A program made the translations under genes and the position numbers. A DNA stretch of 63,531 bases, counting the filler, from Craspedostauros australis (taxonomy: Eukaryota): the NCBI GenBank assembly GCA_030167865.1. It is 19 parts of 19 records of this genome, joined end to end, with 100 filler letters (N's around TTAATTAATTAA, not from the genome) between each part and the next. Parts side by side here need not be neighbours in the genome. Positions count along the whole stretch, not along the records: positions 1 to 9,192 come from JALAGF010000742.1; positions 9,293 to 15,892 come from JALAGF010000743.1; 17 more parts are not named here. One strand, written 5' to 3'. The number at the start of each line of letters is the position of its first letter. Position 1 is the stretch's first letter. This document shows positions 1-12,548 of this stretch, piece by piece. The notes under the pieces are model-generated. The model made no database searches. It saw nothing but the letters and a program-made list of their open reading frames with translations, and was not told the DNA's origin.

Positions 1-1117
1 TCTTCAATTGATGTCGCACGCACCTTGTATGGGTGGCTTTGCGATTGAGGGGCGTCGTCCCATCGCCCCTCACAGCCAAAGCCACGCGACCGGTGCCAGG
101 CGAGCCCCAACCAAAACTCCTCAAAACCACCTTTGCCTCCGCGCGGACACCTTCCCGGTGCTCCGCNNNNNNNNNNNNNNNNNNNNNNNNNNNNNNNNNN
201 NNNNNNNNNNNNNNNNNNNNNNNNNNNNNNNNNNNNNNNNNNNNNNNNNNNNNNNNNNNNNNNNNNNNNNNNNNNNNNNNNNNNNNNNNNNNNNNNNNCG
301 TATTTCTGGGGCCTACGACGGCCCCAAATCAACCCCTCTTCCCGCCTCCGCTCGTCCACCCACCAAAGGTTGCATGGCGGTGACGGAGATATGCTTGAAT
401 CTTGAATTGGCCGGCTGGTTGTTGCGGCGCCAAGCATACCGTTCGACGGCCATTGTGGATGTTTTTTGGTGTGGCTCCACTTCCATGTTGGTGTGTCGAG
501 TTTGCCACTCTCAACCAGCCTCACATATTGGGGGATGTGGAGATTTACCAANNNNNNNNNNNNNNNNNNNNNNNNNNNNNNNNNNNNNNNNNNNNNNNNN
601 NNNNNNNNNNNNNNNNNNNNNNNNNNNNNNNNNNNNNNNNNNNNNNNNNNNNNNNNNNNNNNNNNNNNNNNNNNNNCATGACGAAGTATCCAATTTCGTG
701 ACGTCGATGACGGATCGTCCGAGCACATGGTTGAATGCATGTAAAAGCGCATTCACCGCTTCCCCCAACATTCTACTACTAGTGCTATTGTGGATGGACT
801 GTTGGATGGTCTCATCCGAACACCTGAAAAAGAGACTAAACAATTCAAAATCGGAACAAACTTGCTGAAACAAAGAACAGCAAAGGGTTAAATTGGATCG
901 ATGTAGTCGGCTGTCAAAGGCTGAGTCCCTAAAGCAGTCTAAAAATTAGCACCTTGATGGGCCCATAAAACTTAAAATAAGGTCTAACCGGAAAGTGATT
1001 TGAATCAGCATTTGGTTTTAGAATATGGGGATTATGAATATGTGATTTGTTTGGATATCCGAGAAAAAAGGTGTTGAGTCCCAGGACAAAGTGCAGGTCG
1101 ACTCACTCGGGGGGCTC
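1..1117. mobile_element. Terminal ~1.1 kb of a DNA-transposon-like repeat, ending ...GGGCTC
   Basis: Aligns by eye along its whole length with 20728-21844. Similarity stops abruptly after GGGCTC. No convincing ORF. Confidence 0.7.
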
Positions 1118-2988
1118 GTAACGCTGTGACACAATCCGGAAGGGAAGGCCTAGCCAACCGCCAGCTCAGATGAAGCTGGGGATGCAGTTGGCAAGGGATG
1201 ACCATCTGGGAAGATTGTTGTAGGTGACAATGAGTAGATTAGGATTGTTGTGCTGATCTTGAGTTGTGCTATTTGTTATTTTGAAAAGTCTGCATTGCGA
1301 GTTGATCAGCTTGAGGTGTAGGATGAAGAAATGATGTTTGGTTAGATGGAAGGTTTTCGCCCCAAAATAGCGCGAAGACACAATTTCATTGTGCGACATG
1401 GGACACACTAAGTGGAAAGTAGTCTGTTCTTTTGGAGGTTGCCGTATAGTTGGAAATCACACCGAAAACTTCGGTATGCTCAAGAACCTGACGTATGCAC
1501 GACAGACGACCAATGTCGACCTGAAGTCTACCCAAAGTTAGACTTCTGAAAACGCAGTGCCGAATTCGATTAGCACGAAGGTGTACATCATACTTAGGCA
1601 CGCACTTGACTGCACTGTTCCACGTTAAAAGCATACTTCAATCGCATGTTCCTCCACCATCAAATTGCATGGAGTGATGCTTATACTGTGAAGCGGGGAT
1701 CATCAATGTGGGTGTATCGTTGGATCAGCCTTCGTCCAACGGACAACTGGCACCCTTACGTCGACTTCGGTTGCACTATGTTGGGACACCTATGGTTTGG
1801 AATTTCCCCCTTGGCCACGCGTTTCTCCAACGTTCTCCCATGTGATTGGGCTCTTGCTTGGCCAGGGGGTTGTCCGAGGGACGTTCCTCCTTGCTCCTTC
1901 CAATGGCATGCTACCGTATCTGTCAGTCCCGGAATATGGTGATATCACTGGCCCTGTTTGTTACAGCAGAGGAGGCTCCTTTTGTTCCGGCATGTCACTA
2001 CCTTCAGTGTGTGTGTTACAAAAGCGACTGTCATATCGCTACGACAACCAAGCTTGACTTCAGATAATCATAATCCCAACAACAGCCATTTCGTCCCTTC
2101 GAGGTGGTTTCAACTGCAAAGTTCCATGATTCACTGTCCTACGAATGTGTCCCTTGACTGGCGGCAAAGATAGTCTTCACGGTTGCACGTGCCGGTCCGG
2201 TTGGCCCCTGTCTCGGTGCGCCTTTGCGTTCCACTATGGCAGACCGTGTTTGTCCTTGCTTTACATCCAAATCTGCAAGAGGAAGGCAAATTCAAGCACA
2301 GGTAGAGGTATGGTGGGGATCATCATAAGCCTCATAATGGTTCACGGCGTCTTCTTGTGACAGAAGGGATTCATCTTTGCGGTGTTTGGAGCATCATGAA
2401 TTGGCCCTGCTAGTACATCGCGAGCGTGTTGTTGGGGGAGGTAAGCAACCATAGGCACATCGCTGCGGCTGGGCGCCGATGTTCGTTTTCAATACACTTG
2501 TCATTCCAGGGGTGGTTGTGCACGTCAGCGTAAATGCAATATCCTATTATCGCTGCGCCAGTGTGGGGCAGTGAGCGAAAGACAGTTTCGGTTCGCGGGC
2601 TTTTGCTTCATATGTTTCCACTAAAATGGCTGATGCCGTGTGGGGGAGGTGGTCATGCCGTGTCGTTTCCAGACGTCGCCTCCACAACTTATCGGAGAAA
2701 GCCTGGCGCGGCGCCCTCTTCTGTTGTTGCCATTCCGTTGTATGGAACGCATGTATACGTACACGGTCGCAGTGTCATTGTGTGTTCAATTAACTCCATC
2801 CGCATGTAGGTTGGACAGACAAGATCAACATTCCCCGGTGCATGTCGCTGCATCAGCAATGGCGGCAGGTCAGGAGTAGTCGGTGATGTCAATACATGTT
2901 TTTGCTCGTCAACCTCTGGCAACAAAGGATGCTAACAATGATTGTAGACAGAGAAGGCATTCGTATGTGTACTGGATCTTCACGTTGG

Positions 2989-4100
2989 CTAATAATTAGT
3001 GGCGGTATTGGGAGGTGGGTGCAGAATTTGCCATCCGAAGTGCCTGCCGGTCTCATACGCAGCGATTCGGCGCTGGATGGAGTTTGCGAGAGCATCGTTC
3101 AGGTCGAACAACGGAAAACCGGTTCGAAGCTCCACCTGGGTCAACACCAACACAGCGTTGAACGCCAAAAAGTGTTTGTCGCGATCGTGTCGCCACGGTT
3201 GACGCATGCAATTCCAATTTTTGAATCGTTTGTTGACTGTTTCATGACGCGCTCGACAAATTCCATCCGTCAGAGTGGTTGGTCCGAGCACTTGGTCATC
3301 CGCTTGGTAGCCTCTGTCGGCCACCACGAATTCGTCCTCCTCCATGACCCGTTTGAGACCGAAGCGGTAAATTTGGAGGTCATTGAACAGACCACAAGGA
3401 TACGGGCCATTTGCCCAAACGATGTCACCCTTTGCGAGGGAAACAGCAACCTCGTAGCGCACACCCGCGCTTTTAAATTTAAAGGAGTACCATTTGGGAT
3501 TGAATGGTTTTGGCTCCTTGATTCTGAAGTCGGTTCCGTCGACGGTGACAAAACCTCGGGTGTTGGCTGTTGTTCCTTGCTTCCGGTTCTCCCAGCAAAT
3601 CTTGTTTGTGCGAAAGCGGCAATTGACAGAATGGAGAACAACAGTGAGACTGGGTGAGGGACATTTTGATCGGGTGCATGATTTGATTGACTGTGGTTCC
3701 TCCATCAATGTATCAGTCACGGGGAATCACGCGTTGTACTTACCACCTTTGACCGGATGCGAAATATCATGCCGAGCATAGCCCAGACCCACCTGCGGTA
3801 GCTGGAGTCACTGCATCGCAGCATGACCGACATTGCGTTCTCTGTTCCATAGGTCTTCAGGAATGCGCAAACCCAGAGCAAATGCTTCGGCTTAGTGTAT
3901 TTGGTGAGGACGCCGCAAGCCGCCAACTCATTCCACACAAGGTGAATCACCTCGTGACTTGTACCGAACACCGAGTAGTAGTGGCGATTCGCGTACCCGG
4001 TGAGATCGGCAACATTTCTGTGCTCCACATGACTACCGAGGAGACCGAAACCCAACACAGCAAAGTGATTGGCCTCAACGGTGTGTGGAGATGCCTGCAT
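2989..4100 (-). CDS. PIF/Harbinger (DDE_Tnp_4-like) transposase, 2 exons (4100-3744, 3600-2989), ~322 aa
   Basis: A GTAAGT...AAG intron (3743-3601) joins ...RIRSKV to ICWENRK in frame. Catalytic-type motifs VDGTDF, ADRGY and RARHETVNKRFK. N-terminal PKHLLW..FLK.Y helix region. Confidence 0.85.
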
Positions 4101-7100
4101 GACCTGCGCTTGTTGTGGGCGTTACCGTGTGTGTGGAAGAGCGCTCGGATGTAGTTACCAGGAACAGCGGTATGTGCAACTCAACAAGTAGATTATGAGG
4201 TGTGCATTTCCCGCAATGCTGGGTTGTAGGAAGGCAGCTGCCTTGGTCACATTGGAAGTACACTTGTTCCGTCGCTGCTTACACACTGCCTACAGCGTCT
4301 TGTCCGTTCTACCGGTGCCGGTACCGATACCGCAAACCATGGTATGCATCTGCGACACCCATGCGCGAGGACACGACAGTTACACCATCACACAAGAAAA
4401 GCGGAAAGCAGCACGCGCTCATAGACAAAATCCGTTTCTGTTGATGGATCGACACAAGCTGATTGCGCTTGGACGGCCCGTGCTGCCGCCATTTTCATGT
4501 TGTGGCGACAAGTCATCGTGTACCTCCGAGGGGGCGCACATTATCGTTGTTGGAATAGGCACGTAGTACTGAACCGTACCAATAGGAGAACATGCAAACT
4601 GAACGGAATACGGATCGTTGTGCAATCGGATCGTGCTTGTGAAGCAACCCCCGCGCCTCTACAGAAAGACATGCATATGCAGAGCAGTACCGTATTCGTG
4701 AAATGCTTGCATCAGAATGGATTATAGCACGTGTAAGTTGAACTATTGAGATTATCATCACAACTACCATGGCTCTATCATTTGAATGCAGTAATGTAGA
4801 CATTCGTTGGTAGCGACCTTCGCCAACCTAAGGATCGGCACCAGGCATTTTCACCTCCGACGTACGAAAGGTTGTGGAGGCCCCATTGCATCATTGCATG
4901 CATCTTGGTGTTGATCGTGGTGTCTTCACGGATACATGTCATCCTAGAATGTCGTTTCGCGGCATCATCATGAATCATGCACTAAGGATTGGTGAGATGG
5001 GGTCACAGTTCAATCTTGGTGTAACATCTTGTTCGTGGTAGAACCGAACTAGTAAGTCGATGGGGATAGATGTTGGTCGTGGTCGCACTGCTCGTGCGCG
5101 TTGCATAAACCATATGTAGACGCTCCATGGGACAACACGAAGTACGTTGCCACCAGAGGTACGCAGGTCCTATTCAACTGCTCCTATTGGCGCATCTACG
5201 ACACGCAAACATCTGGGATAGCCCACCACGACCGACCTATGACTGTTGATATAGATCGACTGGGTTGACCTTGCCGTGGAGATGAAGCAAAGGTGCTTCT
5301 TTGGTTTGGCCAGGACTACATGGTGGTACCGAACCGCATGCAGACGTTCTCATTCGATACCGGCTTCCTGATATCTATCATTGTTATATATAACCAGGAC
5401 AGAGTATAAGGGGTTACCTTTTGTGCCCATTTGGCGCGCACTAGAACAAACATTTCTCACATCAGAACAACATTGTTCGTTGGCACGTGGACGATGAACG
5501 TCCTTGCTTAGTCGAGTTGTGTATGCAGAGATGTTTCCGCACAAGACAGACACACGTGCGTTGTTGTGCCAAACAGTCATGTCGCTGCAACGTCCGGTCG
5601 ACATCGTACGACGTTGGTCGGACCAGCATGCACAGCAAGCTGATCAACATCCGACGTCAGTATGCAATCAGCAGACCAACATCATACATCAGTATGATGT
5701 ATGTCTGACATGTTACAACCGTTATTGACATTTTTGCTAGGAGTAAGGCTAATCACGTAAATTTAGACACCCTCTGTAGAGACAATTATAATATTAATGG
5801 CAACAAAAGCGCCATTACGTGATAGGGGAGGCCTCCTTTGGTCATTCTATGTGTCTAGTTGCAAGCCAATCATACTCAGCGACTGCAGAGGGGGGTGGCA
5901 AGTTGAGCCTTCGAAACGTGGAAAACCCTGCCACCGCAATGTCATACTTCACCTTCACTTCAGTCAAACATTGGTCAAACATTGATCGGACGTCACATGA
6001 CGTAGGTTGGTTGTTGGGATGACATGATACGACGGAGGTACGACTTTGATCGGATGTTGCAGCGACATCGTGGTCCCCACGCAGCGCGTTCATGAGACAT
6101 ACAGCACCGACGATACACGCACGTCCAATCGGCACAAAGCAACAAACAGCCACTATCCAACATCGCTGTATATCAACTTGCCACTGGCTTGATGATAACG
6201 GACACTGGTGGCAGTTGCTATACTAACTGCTGTTGGCGAAAGAAGATTATGTTTCGCACATAGAACATGCTACCGGCATGAGCGTCGAACGCTATTCGTG
6301 GGTATGTTATTGCTACACTATTATCACAGTCACAACAACGTGTGGTGACCGCCACGATTATTCGTTGTTTGTATGACAGCAGAATATATGCATTTGGCAA
6401 GCACAGAGACTCCAACCCCGTGGAGAGATAACCGACTTCGTGCCATAGACGCTCCGACTGCACGACGGCGTGGTGCCCAGCATGAGGCGGTTGCGGGCGT
6501 CCGGGGAAACACGTGTGGGGAAAGATGGCGACGGTGCCAGGTCAGTGGCGCCTTCGATGCTGCCAGGAATCCACAACCAAACATTGCGCATGTGGCTGGT
6601 CTGTGCGGTGTCGTGAGCATACTTCACTTCCAACCAACCATTGGCTCCCCCAAACGGGAAAGACAGAGCGTCCTTTTTGGCATTCGCCAATCTTCTCGCC
6701 GGCAACATCGCACGACCATGTGTTTTGTAAATGCAAGGGGGCATTTCTGTCACGCTCGTCTCTCTGTTTGTTTGTCTGTTTGCGCGCGGCCACCGAGAAT
6801 CGGGCGTCCAGTCCGCGCTGAACAGGAGAAGAGGTTGTGTTCAGGGTCCCGTGACCAACATGAGGTCGCAAGTACGTGCCAAATGTCAAAAGGCGAATAC
6901 AGGGCATACTTTGGCCCACTTCGAGTCATGGTTACAATGTCCTGCATTCACTGGCACAGTTGCTCCAACACCACACACAGGGATATTGGGTGGTGAACCA
7001 TGTCAATTTTGCGATTATTTGTTTCTGACAACAATAGTAGTACCAGTATTGATCCCGGAAGATGCCAAGCAGCCGCTCACCGGGAATTCTTGGTCCGTGC

Positions 7101-7392
7101 AATGGCAAGTGGCGCAAAGGGTGTAGATATCGTAGCACTGATGGAACCAAGGCACGGCGACTTCAATTCCGAAAGGCTGTCGTGCGATGGATTGAACGTG
7201 CGCTTGGGTAGAGCGCTGTTGTACCAAGTGCACATGACTCTTTGTACGAGCATGGACTTTGCTGTCCGATCCCAACTTTGAAACTAACACATAAAATTGA
7301 AATAGTCAGCAACAACTCAGCTCAACACAACCCACAAACAACCATCATCACAGCAGTAATCGAGCAGAATTGGAGTCGGTGTGGCACCAGGT

Positions 7393-9192
7393 ATGCCACG
7401 CTGGAATTCCGAGTCAGAGGCTGCGAAAGACCTTCGTCGACGCATGATCGCAGGCGAAATTTCCCCAAACATTTCTCCTGACGAAGTCAAACGGTCCTAC
7501 AAGGAGTTCGAAATCTACGAGTTGGAGCAGATCAAGCGTGCAATCAAGCGCTTGAAGGATAAGATGGCGGAGCACGCTCGTAAGTACCTGTACATGCACT
7601 GCGATGTCTCTTCATTCCCTTGCAATAATCAAACTGATATTTCCGCAACCTTTCTCACACTTGTTTGTTGAGTTGACAGGCTCACAAAACCCGTTCAACC
7701 CACCTTCGCTCAACCAAATGGTAGAACAAGGTGACATTTTGGCGCAGCAAAACAAAAAACAACCATATATGCCCGTTGAGGCATTTCTGACAAAAGCATC
7801 CGACGTTATGGCCAACGCACCACCAATGACAACCGCCACCACCCCAAAACCAGTGATCCACCCACCACCCACCACTCCAACACGTGCCATTCCCGCACCC
7901 AAGGCAAACACTGTGGCTGCTGTGACTCCGGATCACACACACGCAAACACCAAACACCAACGCGTGGCCGACTGGGTTGAGACCAATCCGAACATCGGCC
8001 TCCCTGGCATTCGCCATCACTATCAAGGCTACGGCGGAAGAAGTGTCCTGCAAGTTGACTTTGTCTTGCCTGCTGGCGCGTGTTCCGAGGACATTGAGGG
8101 TAAAATCATCAGTGTGGGGAGTGACTCCTTCTTGTACGTGACTGTGAAGGAGAACAAGTCCTTCCTGCACACTGTGGTGCAGGACCGGCACTTGTTGCAA
8201 CTGCACAACACCAGCAACCCCAACAAACTGTCCAACTACGAGCTCCAAGAGGCTCGCGCAAAGGGCTACGCGCGCTCCGTGAAAAGGTTCGAACATTCCG
8301 ATCCGGCATACAGTCGCGTACACAAAGAGAAACTCCCGTTCCATGTCGACGGCGGCTTCAAGGAGACCACTGACCGGGTCATCACTGGCTGCACGTTCTT
8401 GTGCCCTCGCGTTTTACACAACAATCAACGGACCTTTTCGCATGTGCCCATGCTAATTGTCCGCATGGTGGAGTCGAACCCTGAGAATCCGATGCCTGTC
8501 CCAGCCACTTCCGTGGAAATGGCAGACCAGAACCTCCCCATCGCTGACAAATCCGCTGACACACCTGCTCTGCCATTCCACCACTTGCCTCATCCCACGT
8601 TGTCACCTCGTCTTCATCTGCACTCGATGGTGCCTGTAAGTTGCACGCCACCACAATTCGTTGTTTGCCCACACAGAGCCAACCACAACTGACACAGTCG
8701 TTTCTGCGTATTTAATTCTTCGCGCCACAAACGCATTCACCATCACAACTCCCAACTCCCAACACAAAACACAAAACACAACATACCGCACAACCACAAA
8801 CACAAAACACGAAACCACCGACACCATGGCCATGTCCTACCTCAACGCAGGACAATGGCCAGCGCTTCATGTCGTACCCCCGTGTCCCAAGCCCCATGTG
8901 CCATCCATCCGACACCATCCCAGGCTACATGGGCCAAACCACCGTGGCCCACAACTCGGGGACGCCCAAGACGGCACCGCCAAGGCTCCTCAGAGATGGC
9001 AAAGGCGAAGACACCGCCTTCGTCATCGATGGCGACGGGGACGACAGCAACGCATCGAACACCGACACCCCAAGTCCACCGCCAACAGTGAGCTCCGCGC
9101 CACTCATGGTGGCATCCGCCAATGTGAGGGTCAAGGTGGAGGGTGAGGAGGAGGCAAAGCGACGACGCAAGGGCCGTCGTCGCGAGAAGCGG
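7393..9192 (+). CDS. Spliced hypothetical protein (exons 7393-7579, 7680-8635, 8851-contig end); candidate Harbinger accessory protein
   Basis: GTAAGT donors at 7580 and 8636 and CAG acceptors ending at 7679 and 8850 preserve the frame. ~60-aa helical N-terminal domain, central beta-rich domain, basic NLS-like KRRRKGRRREKR at the contig end. Confidence 0.6.
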
Positions 9193-9292
9193 NNNNNNNN
9201 NNNNNNNNNNNNNNNNNNNNNNNNNNNNNNNNNNNNTTAATTAATTAANNNNNNNNNNNNNNNNNNNNNNNNNNNNNNNNNNNNNNNNNNNN
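9193..9292. other. Artificial contig-joining spacer N44-TTAATTAATTAA-N44 (first of 18)
   Basis: The same six-frame-stop 12-mer flanked by Ns starts at 9237, 15937, 17090, 18365, 19640, 22427, 23789, 29028, 30567, 31890, 33131, 38953, 48810, 50018, 53340, 54825, 60088 and 62104. Confidence 0.98.
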
Positions 9293-9619
9293 GACTCCTC
9301 GTTGCATGTCTGACATGGAAATGCTGAACAAAAAATCCGGGAAACTAAACGTGCTCGTGGACAGTGTACATGACTCTGAGATCAAAGCGAGTGTCATGTG
9401 GTATGACAGCCCTACCATTTCTGAGGAAGTGACTCTCAGATCGGACTTTGCAATGACCTGCACCTGCGGTGCTCCATTGGAGTACAAGAGACCCTGTCTC
9501 CACAATTTCCAAAAGGAACCAAACTTCCGGAAGAAATTGTCGCAGCAAACAAACACGAATAAACAAATCAAAGAAAGACAACAGACAGCAAAAATAACTA
9601 GTAAAACAACGAACCAACG

Positions 9620-12415
9620 ATGACGACACCGAGGAGCAAGATGACGAGACCGTCGGGCCAAATGCCGATGGAAGCATATGTCCGAGGAGCAATCAACAAC
9701 AACAAAACAACAGGAGCAGAGAGAAGAGAGGGAGAGGCGCAAGATGGATTGAGCAGAAGAAGAATCGGGAAAGAGACGGGCGAGAACGATGGGAAACAAG
9801 GGAGAGGAGCACGAAAGGTCGAGTGCGCAGCAGGGAAGTATTGCAAGGGAAGAGGAAGGGCAGCAGCGGCAGTCAGATGCATCGCGTGTGGAGATCCGGC
9901 ACACAGAGAGTGCAGGGCATGGATCAGGCCAGAGGAAGGGCTGACAACACCGAGAGGGTTCCCGGTGGTCTACAAACAATGCATCGCAAAAGAAGGCATC
10001 AACGTCCAAGAAGAAAAAACAGGACAGCAATACATGGGGTCATCGGAAGACGCCATCCGAAGAGCACTGAGCAAGAAGTGGGGAAAGATGAAGAACGCGA
10101 AAGGCAACGATGAAGGCATGGCAAAGGATGATGGAGAAAAGCAAGGAGAAGAGAGTGAGAAGGCAGCGCGGGTACAGGAACCGACAGCAAACAACGAGGA
10201 CGAGGGCACAGGGGCAGAAACACGAGACAAGACGGGGGAGAAGAAGAGGGATGTAGAGGGAGCTGACGACAGCAGTGAAGATGAGAACGAATGGGCCGAC
10301 GAATGGGAAGAGACTACAAAAGGAGGAGGAGGAGACGCGCAACAAGAGAAAGGAGGTGCAGCAGGAGGGAACAAGAAGAGGACGGCGAGGAGCCCACGAC
10401 ACGCGATGCAAGAGGAACAACCACACAAAAGGACGGACCTGCGTAGAATGGGAGAAGAGAAGGAAGCAGAGGAAGCCAAACAAGACGACGACAGAGAGAA
10501 CAAGGAGCAAGAAGGACCAAAGGAGAACGCAATCGGCAGCAGGGGAGACGAGGCACAACAGGAGAAAGAGCCAGAACCCCACAAACCGGAAGAAAGCATG
10601 GACTGTGACAATGCCACACAGGCAGGCAGCAACGAAAGCGGCTTGAACTGGAGACGAACGGGTCGCGACGAGGCGGTGGAGACGAGGTACTGCGATGTAC
10701 AGATGATGATCGAAGGAGGAGACGGGGCAAACGATGCAGGAACGGTGATCGACGCGGCCATTGCGTCATGCAAGGAGTTTCTACAATCGATTCAAAGAGT
10801 GAATGCAACAGCAAAGCTTATCCCATGGAATCCCTATGAAGATCAGACTATCGTCCACGCCATGGAGTCATTCCCCACCGACATGACCAACCTGAAGAAA
10901 TTCTTCAAAGGCGTACGACCGATCTACAAGGTAGCACAAGAGAAAGGATACCTGAAGGTGAAGATCAAAGCAAAAGGGCAGATCAGCAAAATCACAACGG
11001 AGCTGACTGACTACTTCCAACACGTGGGAGGAAGATTTGAAGTAGCCAAAATCCAGGCACCATCCACAACGACGCTTGGTTGGTTGCTGTACTCCACACG
11101 ACAGATTGACGCAGATGCCCTGGAAGAAGAGCTCACCAAGCTCGCGAAGACACAGGTCGCAATCACGTGGAAACGGATCTCGGATGGTGAGAAGTACGAC
11201 CCGAACCGGGATACAAAGAAAGATCCCCGGGAGTTACACGTGGAGTCAAGCACAGAAGACAGAGCTTTGGTGGCGAAGGTACTCGAAGTGTACTACAGCA
11301 CACAGGCGAAGAAGTTCCCACTGGGGGTACGAATGCGGATCATCACACCTCTCTCAGGAATCGTCAATACCGACATGAGGAAAGGGTGGTTTGAGTTGAG
11401 AGAACGGCAGATGGAATGGTGCCTGAACGTGGTCGCAATGACAACATACGACATCATCCCAGAGTGCCTGCAGGAGATCCCAGAAGGATCGCACCTAACA
11501 CTTCGGGAGATGATCATGAGAATCAAGTCGACTTCAGGCAACGTTCGAACGCCTCTGTTCACCTCGGTGGACAAGCAGTGGAGAGGAAACGGTTACGTGT
11601 TCCAATTTCACCCGGACAAAGCAGCGGAAGTCAGATTGGTGGTGAAAGGACTGCTGGTCAAACTGACTGCTGATTACGGGAGTGACGTGGAACGAGTATT
11701 CACTTCAATGGCCCGAGTGGAATCAAGGACGATGCGATGGGATGAAGAGACCAAGAGAGTGATCTCGGAAAAAGACAAAGAGGTCGAAGCCGCGATGACC
11801 ATAGACGAGGACATGCATTTCGTGACAGACAAGACACAGGAAGAGTCCAGCGACAAGGAGGAGGAGAGATTCGAGAGCAACGTCAGAAAAGAGAAAGACT
11901 ACGGAGAAGAGGATACTATTCCATCCATGAGGGATAAGAAAGCATGGCGAAAAATCAAGGAGACGAAGACAGCACAAAGAAAGAAAGCACAGAAGAAGAA
12001 GGAGGAGGAGGCTTCGGTAGCATCATCTATCACAGAAGGAAGCAGACAGACCACAGGAACACAAAGAGAGAAAGTGGTGATGCTGCAAGAACAGATGGGG
12101 AAAATCCTGGAAGCGAGAGCACAAGGGTCAGTAACATCGACACTCTCGGGAAGCACAGGCCGAACAACGGGAACGACAAGGGCGATGATGGCATCGATGC
12201 AGAGACAGATGGAGGAGATGCAAAGAATGTTGATATCAACGAATGAGGAGAATGCAAGACTCAGGTCCGAGAGGCAAGAAGTGCAAGAACGGACGGATGT
12301 AAGACCACCGACGGTCCAGTGCGATACACCAGCCATCAGAATGGGCGACAACCAGGACGAGGTGCACGACAATGAAGGGAACGGGGAACCGCAAGGTGAC
12401 CCGGAGAAGGGTTAG
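9620..12415 (+). CDS. LINE ORF1 protein (931 aa) with N-terminal PHD-like Zn finger and C-terminal coiled coil
   Basis: CAAGKYC...CIACGDPAHREC...YKQC motif, charged linker, central globular domain, coiled coil MQRQMEEMQRML. Lies directly upstream of ORF2. Confidence 0.8.
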   Translation: MTTPRSKMTRPSGQMPMEAYVRGAINNNKTTGAERREGEAQDGLSRRRIGKETGENDGKQGRGARKVECAAGKYCKGRGRAAAAVRCIACGDPAHRECRAWIRPEEGLTTPRGFPVVYKQCIAKEGINVQEEKTGQQYMGSSEDAIRRALSKKWGKMKNAKGNDEGMAKDDGEKQGEESEKAARVQEPTANNEDEGTGAETRDKTGEKKRDVEGADDSSEDENEWADEWEETTKGGGGDAQQEKGGAAGGNKKRTARSPRHAMQEEQPHKRTDLRRMGEEKEAEEAKQDDDRENKEQEGPKENAIGSRGDEAQQEKEPEPHKPEESMDCDNATQAGSNESGLNWRRTGRDEAVETRYCDVQMMIEGGDGANDAGTVIDAAIASCKEFLQSIQRVNATAKLIPWNPYEDQTIVHAMESFPTDMTNLKKFFKGVRPIYKVAQEKGYLKVKIKAKGQISKITTELTDYFQHVGGRFEVAKIQAPSTTTLGWLLYSTRQIDADALEEELTKLAKTQVAITWKRISDGEKYDPNRDTKKDPRELHVESSTEDRALVAKVLEVYYSTQAKKFPLGVRMRIITPLSGIVNTDMRKGWFELRERQMEWCLNVVAMTTYDIIPECLQEIPEGSHLTLREMIMRIKSTSGNVRTPLFTSVDKQWRGNGYVFQFHPDKAAEVRLVVKGLLVKLTADYGSDVERVFTSMARVESRTMRWDEETKRVISEKDKEVEAAMTIDEDMHFVTDKTQEESSDKEEERFESNVRKEKDYGEEDTIPSMRDKKAWRKIKETKTAQRKKAQKKKEEEASVASSITEGSRQTTGTQREKVVMLQEQMGKILEARAQGSVTSTLSGSTGRTTGTTRAMMASMQRQMEEMQRMLISTNEENARLRSERQEVQERTDVRPPTVQCDTPAIRMGDNQDEVHDNEGNGEPQGDPEKG

Positions 12416-12548
12416 ACCCGCAGGGCAAGATCGATAGCCAGTGGCAGCACAGCGACTGCATCAGAGCCCGCAACAAGCGCCCACGGACGACAATGTTATA
12501 CCGCAACAGCAAGACCGTGGAAATGATGAGGGAAGTAGAGGGGGAAGG

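Noticed and set aside
2896..3657. 253-aa plus-strand ORF, and similar antisense ORFs over valS, the LINE and the FAAL gene
   Set aside because: These are shadows of well-supported genes on the opposite strand, with no motifs of their own.
1..4100. GGGCTC terminus at 1117 as the TIR of the Harbinger transposase element
   Set aside because: The repeat body lies to the left of 1117, so the transposase is outside it. I could not identify TIRs for the Harbinger element.
5430..6330. CACTA-like element with GACGT/ACATC-rich motifs
   Set aside because: There is a CACTAG at 5439, but I found no matching TAGTG end or TSD.
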